From: an uncultured Planctomycetaceae bacterium
GTDB lineage: Bacteria > Planctomycetota > Planctomycetia > Planctomycetales > Planctomycetaceae
Length of the DNA: 64,000 nt
Direction of reading: 5' to 3'
Assembly: GCA_963976765.1 (NCBI GenBank)
Contig: CAXBME010000004.1
Location: 1-64,000 of the forward strand
Positions 20,069 through 29,314 of this stretch are shown piece by piece. Each line of letters opens with the position of its first letter. Position 1 is the first letter of the stretch. Both the position numbers and the translations under genes were made by a program. The notes under the pieces are model-generated. The model saw only the letters and a list, made by a program, of their open reading frames with translations, had not been told where the DNA came from and did no database searches.

Positions 20069-21646
20069 TCAGTCATCATTGCCGGAACAGACTCGGAGCA
20101 CTTCGTCGACGGAGGTCTGTCCCTGAGTGACCCGTTGCCAGCCGCATTGTCTCAGTGAGATCATCCCACTCTGCAAGGCGTGCGCCCGCAGTTCAGAAGC
20201 TGCGGCCTGCTGAGTGCACAGCTGCCGAATCGTGCGGTCGGCTTTCAACAGTTCGAAGATTGCTACCCGACCCGAATAGCCGGTGTGGTGGCAGTCCCGG
20301 CAGGCGCCCGCCCGGTAGAGCAGGGTTCCTCGTGCGTAATTCATATCTTCAGGAAGTTCGCCTGGGCGCGGCAGGTATGATTCCCGGCATGATGAACACA
20401 GCCGTCTGACGAGCCGTTGTGCGAGCACGCCTTCGACCGTGCTGGCGACGAGGTAAGGCTCAATACCCATATCGACCAGGCGAGTGAACGCGCTGGACGC
20501 ATCGTTGGTGTGCAGTGTGCTGAGCACCAGATGCCCGGTCAGAGATGCCTGCACCGCGCTGGTCGCTGTCTCTGCGTCGCGAATTTCGCCGATCAGGACC
20601 ACGTCCGGATCGTGCCGCAGAATGCTCCTCAATCCGGCGGCAAACGACAGTCCGATCTGATTCTGCACCTGAATCTGGCTGATACCCTTCAGATTGTATT
20701 CGACAGGATCTTCAACTGTGATGATCTTGGTCGCCGGGCTGCGAACTTCGACCAGCGAACTGTAGAGTGTTGTCGTTTTACCACTACCGGTTGGTCCAGT
20801 GACCAGCACCATGCCGTGTGAACGACGGATCAATTCGTTCCATTGATCCCGCATGGCGTCCGGAAACTCCACCGCATTCAGACTGATTGACGCGCCGGCC
20901 TTGTCGAGAAGTCGCATGACGACGCCTTCGCCATGCAGCATCGGAATGACTGACACTCGAACATCGACCTCACGGCCCTGAATCGCCAGCTTGATGCGCC
21001 CGTCCTGCGGCAATCGTTTCTCGGCGATATTGAGTTTCGCCATGATTTTCAAACGGCTGACAATCGCTGCCCGAAACCGGTTGATCTCCGGCGGCATCGG
21101 CTGCAATCGCAGAATGCCGTCGACGCGATACCGGACTTCCAGTGAGTCTTCTTCCGGCTCGATGTGAACGTCGCTTGCGCGTTGCTTCACCGCTTCCAGC
21201 AGAATCTCGTTGACAAGTTTGACAACTGAAGACGCTTGCGATTCGTCACTGATTTCGTTGTCGCTGGCTTCCAGAAGATCGGCCACCTCGGATGACATCG
21301 CCACCAGATCGCTGACGGTCCCACCGCCGACGCCGAGCGACTCTTTTAGCTTCTGGTCAATCTGCTCGATTCGTGACAGCACTGCTTCCAGAAAGAAGCC
21401 CGACTTTGAAGTTAACGCATCGAGTGCTTCCAGATTGAACGGGTCGGCAATCGCGACGCGGACGCGTTGACCATCACGATCAAGCGGTAATACGGATTCT
21501 CGAAAAAGTTCCTGAACAGGGAAGCTGCATACGAGTTCGTGATCAACCTGGAAATCTTCCAGATCAAGGAACTGCATACCGAACTGTCGAGCCAGATCAG
21601 CAGTCGGATTACTCGCGAGCGTTGTTACGGCATCATCATTCTGCAT
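20069..21646 (-). CDS. gspE: Type II secretion ATPase GspE/PilB
   Basis: ASDVHIEP, RLPQDGR, Walker A GPTGSGKT, TVEDPVEY, LRHDPDVVLIGEIRD, two CxxC zinc motifs. Confidence 0.97.
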   Translation of the reverse strand: MQNDDAVTTLASNPTADLARQFGMQFLDLEDFQVDHELVCSFPVQELFRESVLPLDRDGQRVRVAIADPFNLEALDALTSKSGFFLEAVLSRIEQIDQKLKESLGVGGGTVSDLVAMSSEVADLLEASDNEISDESQASSVVKLVNEILLEAVKQRASDVHIEPEEDSLEVRYRVDGILRLQPMPPEINRFRAAIVSRLKIMAKLNIAEKRLPQDGRIKLAIQGREVDVRVSVIPMLHGEGVVMRLLDKAGASISLNAVEFPDAMRDQWNELIRRSHGMVLVTGPTGSGKTTTLYSSLVEVRSPATKIITVEDPVEYNLKGISQIQVQNQIGLSFAAGLRSILRHDPDVVLIGEIRDAETATSAVQASLTGHLVLSTLHTNDASSAFTRLVDMGIEPYLVASTVEGVLAQRLVRRLCSSCRESYLPRPGELPEDMNYARGTLLYRAGACRDCHHTGYSGRVAIFELLKADRTIRQLCTQQAAASELRAHALQSGMISLRQCGWQRVTQGQTSVDEVLRVCSGNDD

Positions 21647-21790
21647 GGGGAATGGTCACCTTCCTGACATCGGGTGGTGCCGGCACGTCGACAAACTCTT
21701 CGGCGGCCACCAGAATCTCTTCAACTGTCAGTCTAGTTCGAAAAAACACTCCACGCCGACGATGGATTTTCCTGCCGTCTGAAACAGCGC

Positions 21791-21828
21791 AAAAAAGCGG
21801 GGCACGTCACCGTTGTGACATGCCCCGC
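21791..21828 (-). terminator. Rho-independent terminator downstream of the peroxidase gene
   Basis: Stem gcggggca-cgtcac...gtgaca-tgccccgc followed on the minus strand by T6. Confidence 0.75.
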
Positions 21829-21877
21829 GGAAAGTATCGCTGACATCCCTGTCGCTGTTCATCACAAAACGCAGACG

Positions 21878-24388
21878 TCAGTCCCGCAATGTATCAACGA
21901 ACGTCTTGAGAGGCTCTCCACCATCACGTCCGACCGCCGGAAGGGTGAAGGCGTTATCAAGAGCCACTCCGTCATCAACTCCATAATGCCCATTCGGAAT
22001 AACAAGTTCCGGATGATCAAACGGAGCACATCGGCGTCGCACGCGCTCGTCAGTCAGCGACTTCAGGAAGTTGACAACATCCTGAATTTTCTCGTCGTCG
22101 CCCTGAAGTTCAGAGATCCCGTTAACGTCGGGATCAAGGTCATCGATATTCTCTTTGAAAAAGTCAGCTCGACGCGTGTAGAACTGAACGACTTCTGTCA
22201 GAGACTTCATGCCACCGTTGTGCATATATGGTCCGGTCAGTTCGATGTTACGTAGAGTCGGCGTTTTGAAAGCCCCGTCCACGGCAACACGCCCGTCTTT
22301 AGGAACCTTGATGTCCTGACCAATGTTCTGGCCCTGTTGACGCCGCCGTGTGTACGACAGCGGACCAAGGTCTGGATGACTTGCTCCAACGCCGATGTCT
22401 TCCAGAGTCGGGCGGACCCCAATGTTGTAGAAGCCGTTGTCGTAGAATGCTTTGGGCCCCTGTTGCATTGCCATGAACTCGACAAAGTCTGCTTCGTTAG
22501 AGCGAGCACCACGGAGCGCACTGATCGTTGCACCCGTGAATTCCGGACCTTCGTGACAGACAATGCACTTGCCTTCGTTCAGGAAAATCTTAAGGCCACG
22601 CCGTGCTGATTCGCTCAATGACTCCTCGTTACCCTTGGAAAAGTGGTCAAACGGTGTGTCATCTGAAACCAGCGTCGCCTCATAGAGGTTGATGGCCAGT
22701 CCCCAGAACAACGTGAAGTTTGCTTCCATCTGAGTGAAGCCATCCGGTGTCAGTTCTTCAGATTTCCACCATTTCTCCTGGAAGGCCTGACGAATCAACC
22801 GTGGGTAGTTCACGCCGGATTTCAGTCCCGTACCGCCGTGATTGGCATAGTCACCAAGGACGCCATCCTCTTCATGAACTTCCTGGAGAGCCAGTGGCGG
22901 CAGTGAGAACATCTTGCGACCCAGTTCCGGGAAGGAACGTCCGAGCCAGCTCATTTCGACATCGCTCAGCGGTGGTCCCACTGCTTGAGAGGCCAGCGAA
23001 GCATTGTCGATCAGAATTCGAACACGCTCGATGCTTTCGGAACCTTCGAAATTGTCACCGAGGAACCATTGAACAAGCCATGTGTACTTCCGGAGCACGC
23101 TTTCGTATTCACGCAGCCACGGGTACATCTCAAAGACCGCATTAAGCTGGTCTTCAAAGCTGTTTGACGTCTTGTTGACCCAGACGCGGGCATCCTTGTC
23201 GAGATCACCGAATGGGTTCACTCCATTAAAGTACCGATTAGCACGACCATCCCAGAACTGTCGGTCATTGAAAACAGCATTGATTGTCGTGGGCGTGTTT
23301 CTTCCGGTCACCTGACGAGCGTTCGCTCCGTCCACGTTGAAGACCGGGTCAGATACCAGTGTGCCGTCATCCCGTGGACTTCCTTCGACGATGTTATTGA
23401 AGTCCTTTTTAACAACCCCCTGCGAACCGACGACTTCCATCGTATCCCGGACGACAGGATTGTCATCTCCCCCTTTGTGCGTTGGAAACTTCACTTTGTG
23501 AAATGGAAAGTCGTCGCTGTTGAGGTCTTTGTTGGCACCACGGAACTTCTGAAGAGCACGAGCTGCCAGCGCCAACTGTCCGTCACGTTGAGGCCCAAAC
23601 GCACTTCCAGGGGCACCAGGACGCAACGTGTTTCTGGTACGAGCATCAGCTCCGGCATGCCAGTGACATGTTGCACAGGCCGTCTTTCCATCGCTGCCAA
23701 CCTGCATGTCCCAGAACAGAGATTTGCCCAGTAGAATCGCTGCTTCCTTGTTGCGGACGTAATTGTTGAGATTCTTCGGCATCGGCACCGGAATCGTATC
23801 CAGCGCTGAAGGAGCAGATGGAATCTCTTCCGGCAGGGCCACTGAAACATCAGCGACAACCGCACCCCATTGGCTTTTCTTGTCACTCTTGGATTTCAAC
23901 TCCAGTTTGACCTTCTTGCCGTTGCCGACGTAAGGAAACTCGACAGGCACCCACAACATGTTCTGTCGTGACCAGCCGGACGGGCGACGAATGGAGATCG
24001 TCTCTTTCAGATCCCCAAGCTTCACTTCCAGTTTCTTTGTGACCTCGCCCGCATCCCAGTTGCCTGAGAGAGCGAACGACAGCACATACTCGGCGTCTTT
24101 CTCTGTCGTAATTTCCTGAACGAGAGTTCCATTCTTTTCTCCGTCCAGATCCACTGAGTTACCTCCCGCGGGCGACGACTGGAAGTCGCCTCCGTTGAGA
24201 TCAACACTTCCGTCCTTTACCAGCCAGGGGCCGATGGTGTCCTTCTTGTCGAACATCCTTGATCCATCAGGAGTCCCTTCTGACGTGAATTGCGGATCGA
24301 GAACCAGGTTCTCTGCAGCCGCATACGATGAGCATATTCCCAGGACACACATGCCCATCAGGAATGTTTTAAAGCCTCGTCTTCTCAT
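21878..24388 (-). CDS. Secreted di-heme cytochrome c peroxidase/MauG-family protein with N-terminal DUF642 (choice-of-anchor C-like) domain
   Basis: Signal peptide; GSVDL..SVDLDG..YVLSFALSGN jelly-roll domain; LGKSLFWD, CATCH, GRNTPT, FWDGRA, CIVCH, FKTPTLRNIELTGPYMHNG. Confidence 0.9.
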   Translation of the reverse strand: MRRRGFKTFLMGMCVLGICSSYAAAENLVLDPQFTSEGTPDGSRMFDKKDTIGPWLVKDGSVDLNGGDFQSSPAGGNSVDLDGEKNGTLVQEITTEKDAEYVLSFALSGNWDAGEVTKKLEVKLGDLKETISIRRPSGWSRQNMLWVPVEFPYVGNGKKVKLELKSKSDKKSQWGAVVADVSVALPEEIPSAPSALDTIPVPMPKNLNNYVRNKEAAILLGKSLFWDMQVGSDGKTACATCHWHAGADARTRNTLRPGAPGSAFGPQRDGQLALAARALQKFRGANKDLNSDDFPFHKVKFPTHKGGDDNPVVRDTMEVVGSQGVVKKDFNNIVEGSPRDDGTLVSDPVFNVDGANARQVTGRNTPTTINAVFNDRQFWDGRANRYFNGVNPFGDLDKDARVWVNKTSNSFEDQLNAVFEMYPWLREYESVLRKYTWLVQWFLGDNFEGSESIERVRILIDNASLASQAVGPPLSDVEMSWLGRSFPELGRKMFSLPPLALQEVHEEDGVLGDYANHGGTGLKSGVNYPRLIRQAFQEKWWKSEELTPDGFTQMEANFTLFWGLAINLYEATLVSDDTPFDHFSKGNEESLSESARRGLKIFLNEGKCIVCHEGPEFTGATISALRGARSNEADFVEFMAMQQGPKAFYDNGFYNIGVRPTLEDIGVGASHPDLGPLSYTRRRQQGQNIGQDIKVPKDGRVAVDGAFKTPTLRNIELTGPYMHNGGMKSLTEVVQFYTRRADFFKENIDDLDPDVNGISELQGDDEKIQDVVNFLKSLTDERVRRRCAPFDHPELVIPNGHYGVDDGVALDNAFTLPAVGRDGGEPLKTFVDTLRD

Positions 24389-24561
24389 GTGAACCTTCTC
24401 CGATTGAACGAATCATTCTTTGGATGTGAGATCGTTGGAACCGAGGTACGAATTGTGCTTCCCGTACACCTGATACCGTGCGGTATTCCAGTTAGTACAT
24501 CGCGACTGCCCCGCCACAGAATCATCCTGCTGAGGCGAGCGTGGACAGCCGACGAAGAAAG

Positions 24562-25776
24562 CTACTTCGCAGCCAGTCGTTGACCGAACATTGCAGCCAG
24601 CGAGCTGAAGAAGACTGGCAGGTCGCCTGAGTTTGTCATCGCCACGTCAATAGTGTTTCCGTTGCGGCTGACGGACACGCCCTGTACCAGGTTCTGTCCT
24701 GTTTCGAACAGCATTTTCGTTTCGGGAGCAGCAAACGCCTGCATCTGTTGAAGAAATTCTGCCGCACCCTTTGCTGATGCCTGTACTGACTTTTCAATCG
24801 AATCAGCCTGTTCGGTTCCGGCAGCTGTGAGTGAAAGCGTCAACAGGTCTTTACCTTCAAAGTCTCCGATCAGAATGACCGATTCCGTGTTTGCAGCAAG
24901 AGTCTGAAACAGGCTGCCGTCACCCAGTGACGACGCCTGGTTTTTCAGAGCATCGCTGAGCATCGGCCGATCCTGAAAAGATGCGGCGACGAAAATCGGC
25001 GAGTCCGAGTCGGCGTTGCCAACCAGTGTCCGCAGTGGGCTCTCGATTTCTGAGCGATCCAGTACAAACGGCAGTCGGCCTTCTTCACAGACAACGAAGG
25101 TGAACTCGTCGTGTTCGTAAACGGCCATCTGTGGAGCGACATTGAGATTCAGAATCTCGGACGCATTCCCATCGGCATCCGTGGTGACTTCGATCGTTTC
25201 CTGGGACAGGCCTGACACTCGCAAATAGGAGCGGCCATTGACTTCAACGTCCTCAAGCTGGTCGGTGTCGAATCGTGATTCGGCAATTTCATAAACAGAC
25301 GATGGCCGGTTCAACTTCAGAACCATCGTCGTGTCACCAGTCAGGCCACCGTCATCATCGACGAGCGGCGTCGCGTAAATGGCGACCCACTCAGTTTCCG
25401 CCGGAGGGATTGGCAGATTCACTTTTCCGGCAGGCAATGCGGAAAACAGTTTCTTCAGAGCGGGAGACTCGGCCAGTGCGGCCGGTTGAATCACACTCAC
25501 GACAGCATCGGCCGACGTCATGAACGGGAAGTCCGTCCATTGCACGGGGGCTTCCTGCGTTGCTGCGCTGCTGTCTTTGGCGATCACTGCTACCGGCTGA
25601 CCAGTCGGTGACACTGGAGCGGCATCGCTGCTGTGACTTTTCACCTGACCCACCGGCTGTGGTGTCGATTCTCCACACCCAGTAACGAGTGTGACACAAG
25701 CCAGAGTTGCTGCTGCTGACACAGCAATAACTCTTCTTCCAAAATTTCTTCTCACCACCTCCGAGATTTGAATCAT
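24562..25776 (-). CDS. Hypothetical lipoprotein
   Basis: Lipobox LVTG|C after a hydrophobic stretch; GGAGA RBS before MIQIS; ~404 aa. Confidence 0.75.
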   Translation of the reverse strand: MIQISEVVRRNFGRRVIAVSAAATLACVTLVTGCGESTPQPVGQVKSHSSDAAPVSPTGQPVAVIAKDSSAATQEAPVQWTDFPFMTSADAVVSVIQPAALAESPALKKLFSALPAGKVNLPIPPAETEWVAIYATPLVDDDGGLTGDTTMVLKLNRPSSVYEIAESRFDTDQLEDVEVNGRSYLRVSGLSQETIEVTTDADGNASEILNLNVAPQMAVYEHDEFTFVVCEEGRLPFVLDRSEIESPLRTLVGNADSDSPIFVAASFQDRPMLSDALKNQASSLGDGSLFQTLAANTESVILIGDFEGKDLLTLSLTAAGTEQADSIEKSVQASAKGAAEFLQQMQAFAAPETKMLFETGQNLVQGVSVSRNGNTIDVAMTNSGDLPVFFSSLAAMFGQRLAAK

Positions 25777-26115
25777 CGCATTCTCCACAGGCACGCGTTC
25801 CAGTTAAATCATCAGAACGCCTGCAACGCTGCGAATTCGCAACGATGACGCATTCTGGCAAGTCTACTTGGATTACATACCTTGCGACTGGAGCGGCGAC
25901 CGGTGTCGACCGGACGAAACGTGTGCGAATCGGTGCTCCAAAACGACCTGTGCCGAATATATCGGTGCTGTTCCGATTTGGCAGAACTGGAGTAGCGGAC
26001 GACACCCGAATGCGTTCGGCGATGTTATTCAAAGTCCAGCAACTGGACGATCGCACCTGGCGGGTGATGCTCGAAAAGCACCAGAGGCTCTGGCGGTGAG
26101 AGAACAGTCGGTCGC

Positions 26116-28818
26116 TCAGCGGCGGCTCGGTGGCAGATAAATCTGAAATGGTTCTGTGGCTGGTGTCGCCTGCGGCCCGCCAATATCTGAATAGCCCGAC
26201 TGAAGTGGCATCCTCGTATTCCGTGGCGGGGCGGTATTCTGTGGCGGGTCCGTATTCTTTGGCTTTCGCCGAGAATCTGTGCTTCCACGGAAAGTCGAAA
26301 ACGGTTTCCAGGCATTTGCCTGACTGGCGGCGGGTGCTGGCGGTGCCCCCTGTACCGGCTGGTGGTTTGATGACGCCTGTTGCGAATGTCCCACAGTCAT
26401 CACGGAATTTCCCGAAGTGCCGATCGATCCGTTTGAGCCAGAAAACGGTGCTTGACCTGTCGCCGGGAAGCAATCCGCGGAAGCCGTGCCATCGGCCTGG
26501 CAAGCGGGCTCGCGGCACGGCTGATAGGAACTGCCACCGTATAACTGCCAATCAAATTCCTTTGTCGATTCCGGCATATGAACGTGCTGGATCTCCCGAT
26601 GTTTCAGTTCTTCGGAGTGCGCCTGACTTTCGACGACGTATGGCGTGAGAAAGATCAGCAGCTCCCGTCGCTCAGACTGTTCGAGGTCATACCGAAACGC
26701 CCTGCCAATAATTGGAATGTCGCCCAGAAACGGTACTTTGCGTTCAACAGTGATGTCTTCCTTGGTGATCATGCCTCCCAGCACAATCGTTTGACCGCTC
26801 TGCACGCTGACCGCAGTATTGGCTGTGGTGATATCTTTAACCGGAGCCTCGATCACATTGCCGTTGGTCGCGTCGGTGAAGATCGGCACTCCGGTTCCAG
26901 GAGCCAGCTGGAACGAACTTTTCTCCGCACTGACCTGGATCATGACCTGCGATTCCGGACTGATCCGCGGCGTAACCTTCAGAATGATACCGGCCTGATC
27001 CTGCCGAATCACCGGGTTCGCCGAGCCAACAGCCGTTACCGAAACTCCATCAACAACCGGAACCTGCTGACCAATCTGAATCAACGCTTCGTGATTGTCT
27101 AACGCGCGAATCTGAGGCCGACTGAGAATGTCGATTTCAAACTTTGCCGACAAAGCTCGCAGTAACACACTGACCGATTCGGATCCGGCGGATAGAACAA
27201 GTCCGCCGAAACCAAGATCGCCATTGACTCTGCCAGTACCAAAACTGCTGAGCGCCTGCCCCGCCACAGTGGAAGGACTGATGGCGACGTTATTGCCAAG
27301 TGGTTGATTGTTGAAATTGAATCCCGGCGCAGCCGTCTGTGAGATGATTCGGTCGTTCGACGTTTGTGTGCCGTTCGGACTGGTCACTGTTTCTGTGACG
27401 GTCACGATATTGTCAATGACGCTGCGGTTGAACAGGACGGAATCCTGAAAACCCAGTTCGACGCCGAACTCGTCTGTGTTGCCCAACTGAACTTCAACCA
27501 GCACGGCCTGGATCACTACTTCACGAGGGGCTCGGTCAAGCTGCTGAATCATGCTGTAGATTTCGGAAGCATCGCTGACCTGACCATGCACGAGCAGACT
27601 GTTGGTCGTTTTCTCAGCAACGACAACCTGTGATGACTGGCCACCGGCGTGATGAGCAGGTCGACCACCTGCTTCCGAGCCCTTTGACGCATAGAATTGG
27701 TTGATCGCATTCGCAACTTCTTCCGCCGCAGAATGGCGTAACTCATAAACGAATGACTGAGATTCTGCCGCCGCCACTCCCGCACCCGTTACCAGATCGA
27801 AGATGCGGCGGAGGTAGGCCCCCGTGTCGGTAATCATCACTCGATTTGAGTTGGACAACGACTGGGCACGTCCGACACGACTCAACAACTGCTCAATTTC
27901 AGCAACAGCGCTGGCTGGATCTGAGATTCGCATGGGAATTGCGATCGTCGCCAGTTCGTTTCGCCCAATCTCCGGAAGCTGCCGTATCTGCACGAAGGGA
28001 ATCAGGCCGTCGGGTATCGATGAATCCGCTCCAAGTAATGTCAGCTTATCGGCCTGTCGAACCAGTATCGAACCTTGCGGCAGCAGATAGTCGTTGAGAA
28101 TGTCGAGAGCTTGAGACGTCGAATAACGCTTCTCATCAAAGTACGTGAACGTGCCAGTCGCTGGCTGAGTGATCTGGAGTGACATCCCGTTCTGGTAAGC
28201 AAACTGTTTCAGAACGAGTTCCCACGGAGCGTTACTGAAGTTAAATGCGAACTCGCCGGAACGTAACGCTGGCCCCGACGGCAGAATCTGCGAATTCGTC
28301 GGAAAGAGCGGTTTTGCAAGCGGCGAGTTTGCAGGCTGAGGCGGAACGAGAAATCCTTGAGGATGTGACTGATTCGGTGGCGATTGATACGAAGCCTGCT
28401 GCACTCCGGAGACAGGAGGTCCGCTGGTCCAGTTACCCTCACCAGCGACAGCACGCTGAGGGTAACGCGACGCTGCCTGCTGCCAGGAATCGTTTTGAGT
28501 AGATTGACTCGATGAGCGAGGATAGGTCTCGGCGGCGGCCCAGTTCTCAGAAACAAATGTTCGCGAAACTTCGGAGGGGCGACCGAAAGAAGGCGTGTCT
28601 GCCAGCTCCCTATTAACGAATCCGCCGGAGCTGTTTACAGCAGTTTGCCGTTGCTGCGAAGTCGCCGCAGGCTGCATTTGAACCCAGGTATTTGCGTAGC
28701 CCTGCCCCTTCGCCGGTGGCTGAAAATAAAGCCAAACGGCGACCAGGCCGAGTAGGGAGGCTGACGCCGTCACCATCCGACATCTTATGAATCGCCATCC
28801 TGGACTCTGTTTTTTCAT
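26116..28818 (-). CDS. gspD: Type II secretion secretin GspD
   Basis: FNFSNAPW N0 domain, TNSLLV, QLDRAPREVVIQAVLVEV, LSRPQI..LDNHEALIQIGQQVP, GQTIVLGGMI, KVPFLGDIPIIGRAFRY, ELLIFLTP. Confidence 0.93.
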   Translation of the reverse strand: MKKQSPGWRFIRCRMVTASASLLGLVAVWLYFQPPAKGQGYANTWVQMQPAATSQQRQTAVNSSGGFVNRELADTPSFGRPSEVSRTFVSENWAAAETYPRSSSQSTQNDSWQQAASRYPQRAVAGEGNWTSGPPVSGVQQASYQSPPNQSHPQGFLVPPQPANSPLAKPLFPTNSQILPSGPALRSGEFAFNFSNAPWELVLKQFAYQNGMSLQITQPATGTFTYFDEKRYSTSQALDILNDYLLPQGSILVRQADKLTLLGADSSIPDGLIPFVQIRQLPEIGRNELATIAIPMRISDPASAVAEIEQLLSRVGRAQSLSNSNRVMITDTGAYLRRIFDLVTGAGVAAAESQSFVYELRHSAAEEVANAINQFYASKGSEAGGRPAHHAGGQSSQVVVAEKTTNSLLVHGQVSDASEIYSMIQQLDRAPREVVIQAVLVEVQLGNTDEFGVELGFQDSVLFNRSVIDNIVTVTETVTSPNGTQTSNDRIISQTAAPGFNFNNQPLGNNVAISPSTVAGQALSSFGTGRVNGDLGFGGLVLSAGSESVSVLLRALSAKFEIDILSRPQIRALDNHEALIQIGQQVPVVDGVSVTAVGSANPVIRQDQAGIILKVTPRISPESQVMIQVSAEKSSFQLAPGTGVPIFTDATNGNVIEAPVKDITTANTAVSVQSGQTIVLGGMITKEDITVERKVPFLGDIPIIGRAFRYDLEQSERRELLIFLTPYVVESQAHSEELKHREIQHVHMPESTKEFDWQLYGGSSYQPCREPACQADGTASADCFPATGQAPFSGSNGSIGTSGNSVMTVGHSQQASSNHQPVQGAPPAPAASQANAWKPFSTFRGSTDSRRKPKNTDPPQNTAPPRNTRMPLQSGYSDIGGPQATPATEPFQIYLPPSRR

Positions 28819-29060
28819 CGAATTCAGCCACAACCGTTCAAATATGATTCGGCGATGAGCCGTTAAAACCGGCACACATCACCCTATCGTCATTGTTTGC
28901 CACCTTTATTGAGTCAATCGAGTTTGTGCCCTCTATGGTCTGCTGATCGCCGAGAAACACGTTTTTGCGGCGGCACTTGATTTCATGCTGGCTCGATACG
29001 GGTATCACGATCAGGTCGCTCTGGTCACGCATTGTGACCGCGTGAGAATTTCGCCTGCAA

Positions 29061-29305
29061 CTAGAGCATTTTCAGTGTTGGTTTTCAGTGTATCCGCAGT
29101 GTTTGAAGTAGATTCTGCATTGGGTGGGGGTGAATTCGTCGACGAGTTTTCCGATGCGGTTCCAGCGTGATTCCCGGGTGCGTTCGGCGTGTTTGCTCAG
29201 CGGGGTTTTCAGCTTGGAGAACGCCAGTTCAATGGGGTTCAGGTCAGGGCTGTAAGGTGGCAGGTAAGCTATTGTTGTTCCGGCCTGCTCGATGGCGGCG
29301 ACAGA
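29061..29305 (-). mobile_element. IS630-family transposase 3' remnant with terminal end
   Basis: Minus-strand translation AIEQAGTTIAYLPPYSPDLNPIELAFSKLK...CRIYFKHCGY; ends at CTAGAGCATTTTCA, resembling an IS630 TA-flanked terminus. Confidence 0.85.
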
Positions 29306-29314
29306 GTCGACTTT

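Noticed and set aside
25391..26551. 386 aa minus-strand ORF bridging gspD and the lipoprotein
   Set aside because: Alternative-frame overlap of two better-supported genes; no motifs.
29189..29314. N-terminus of the 455 aa integrase as given in the ORF track
   Set aside because: It is the antisense of the IS630 remnant, not integrase sequence.
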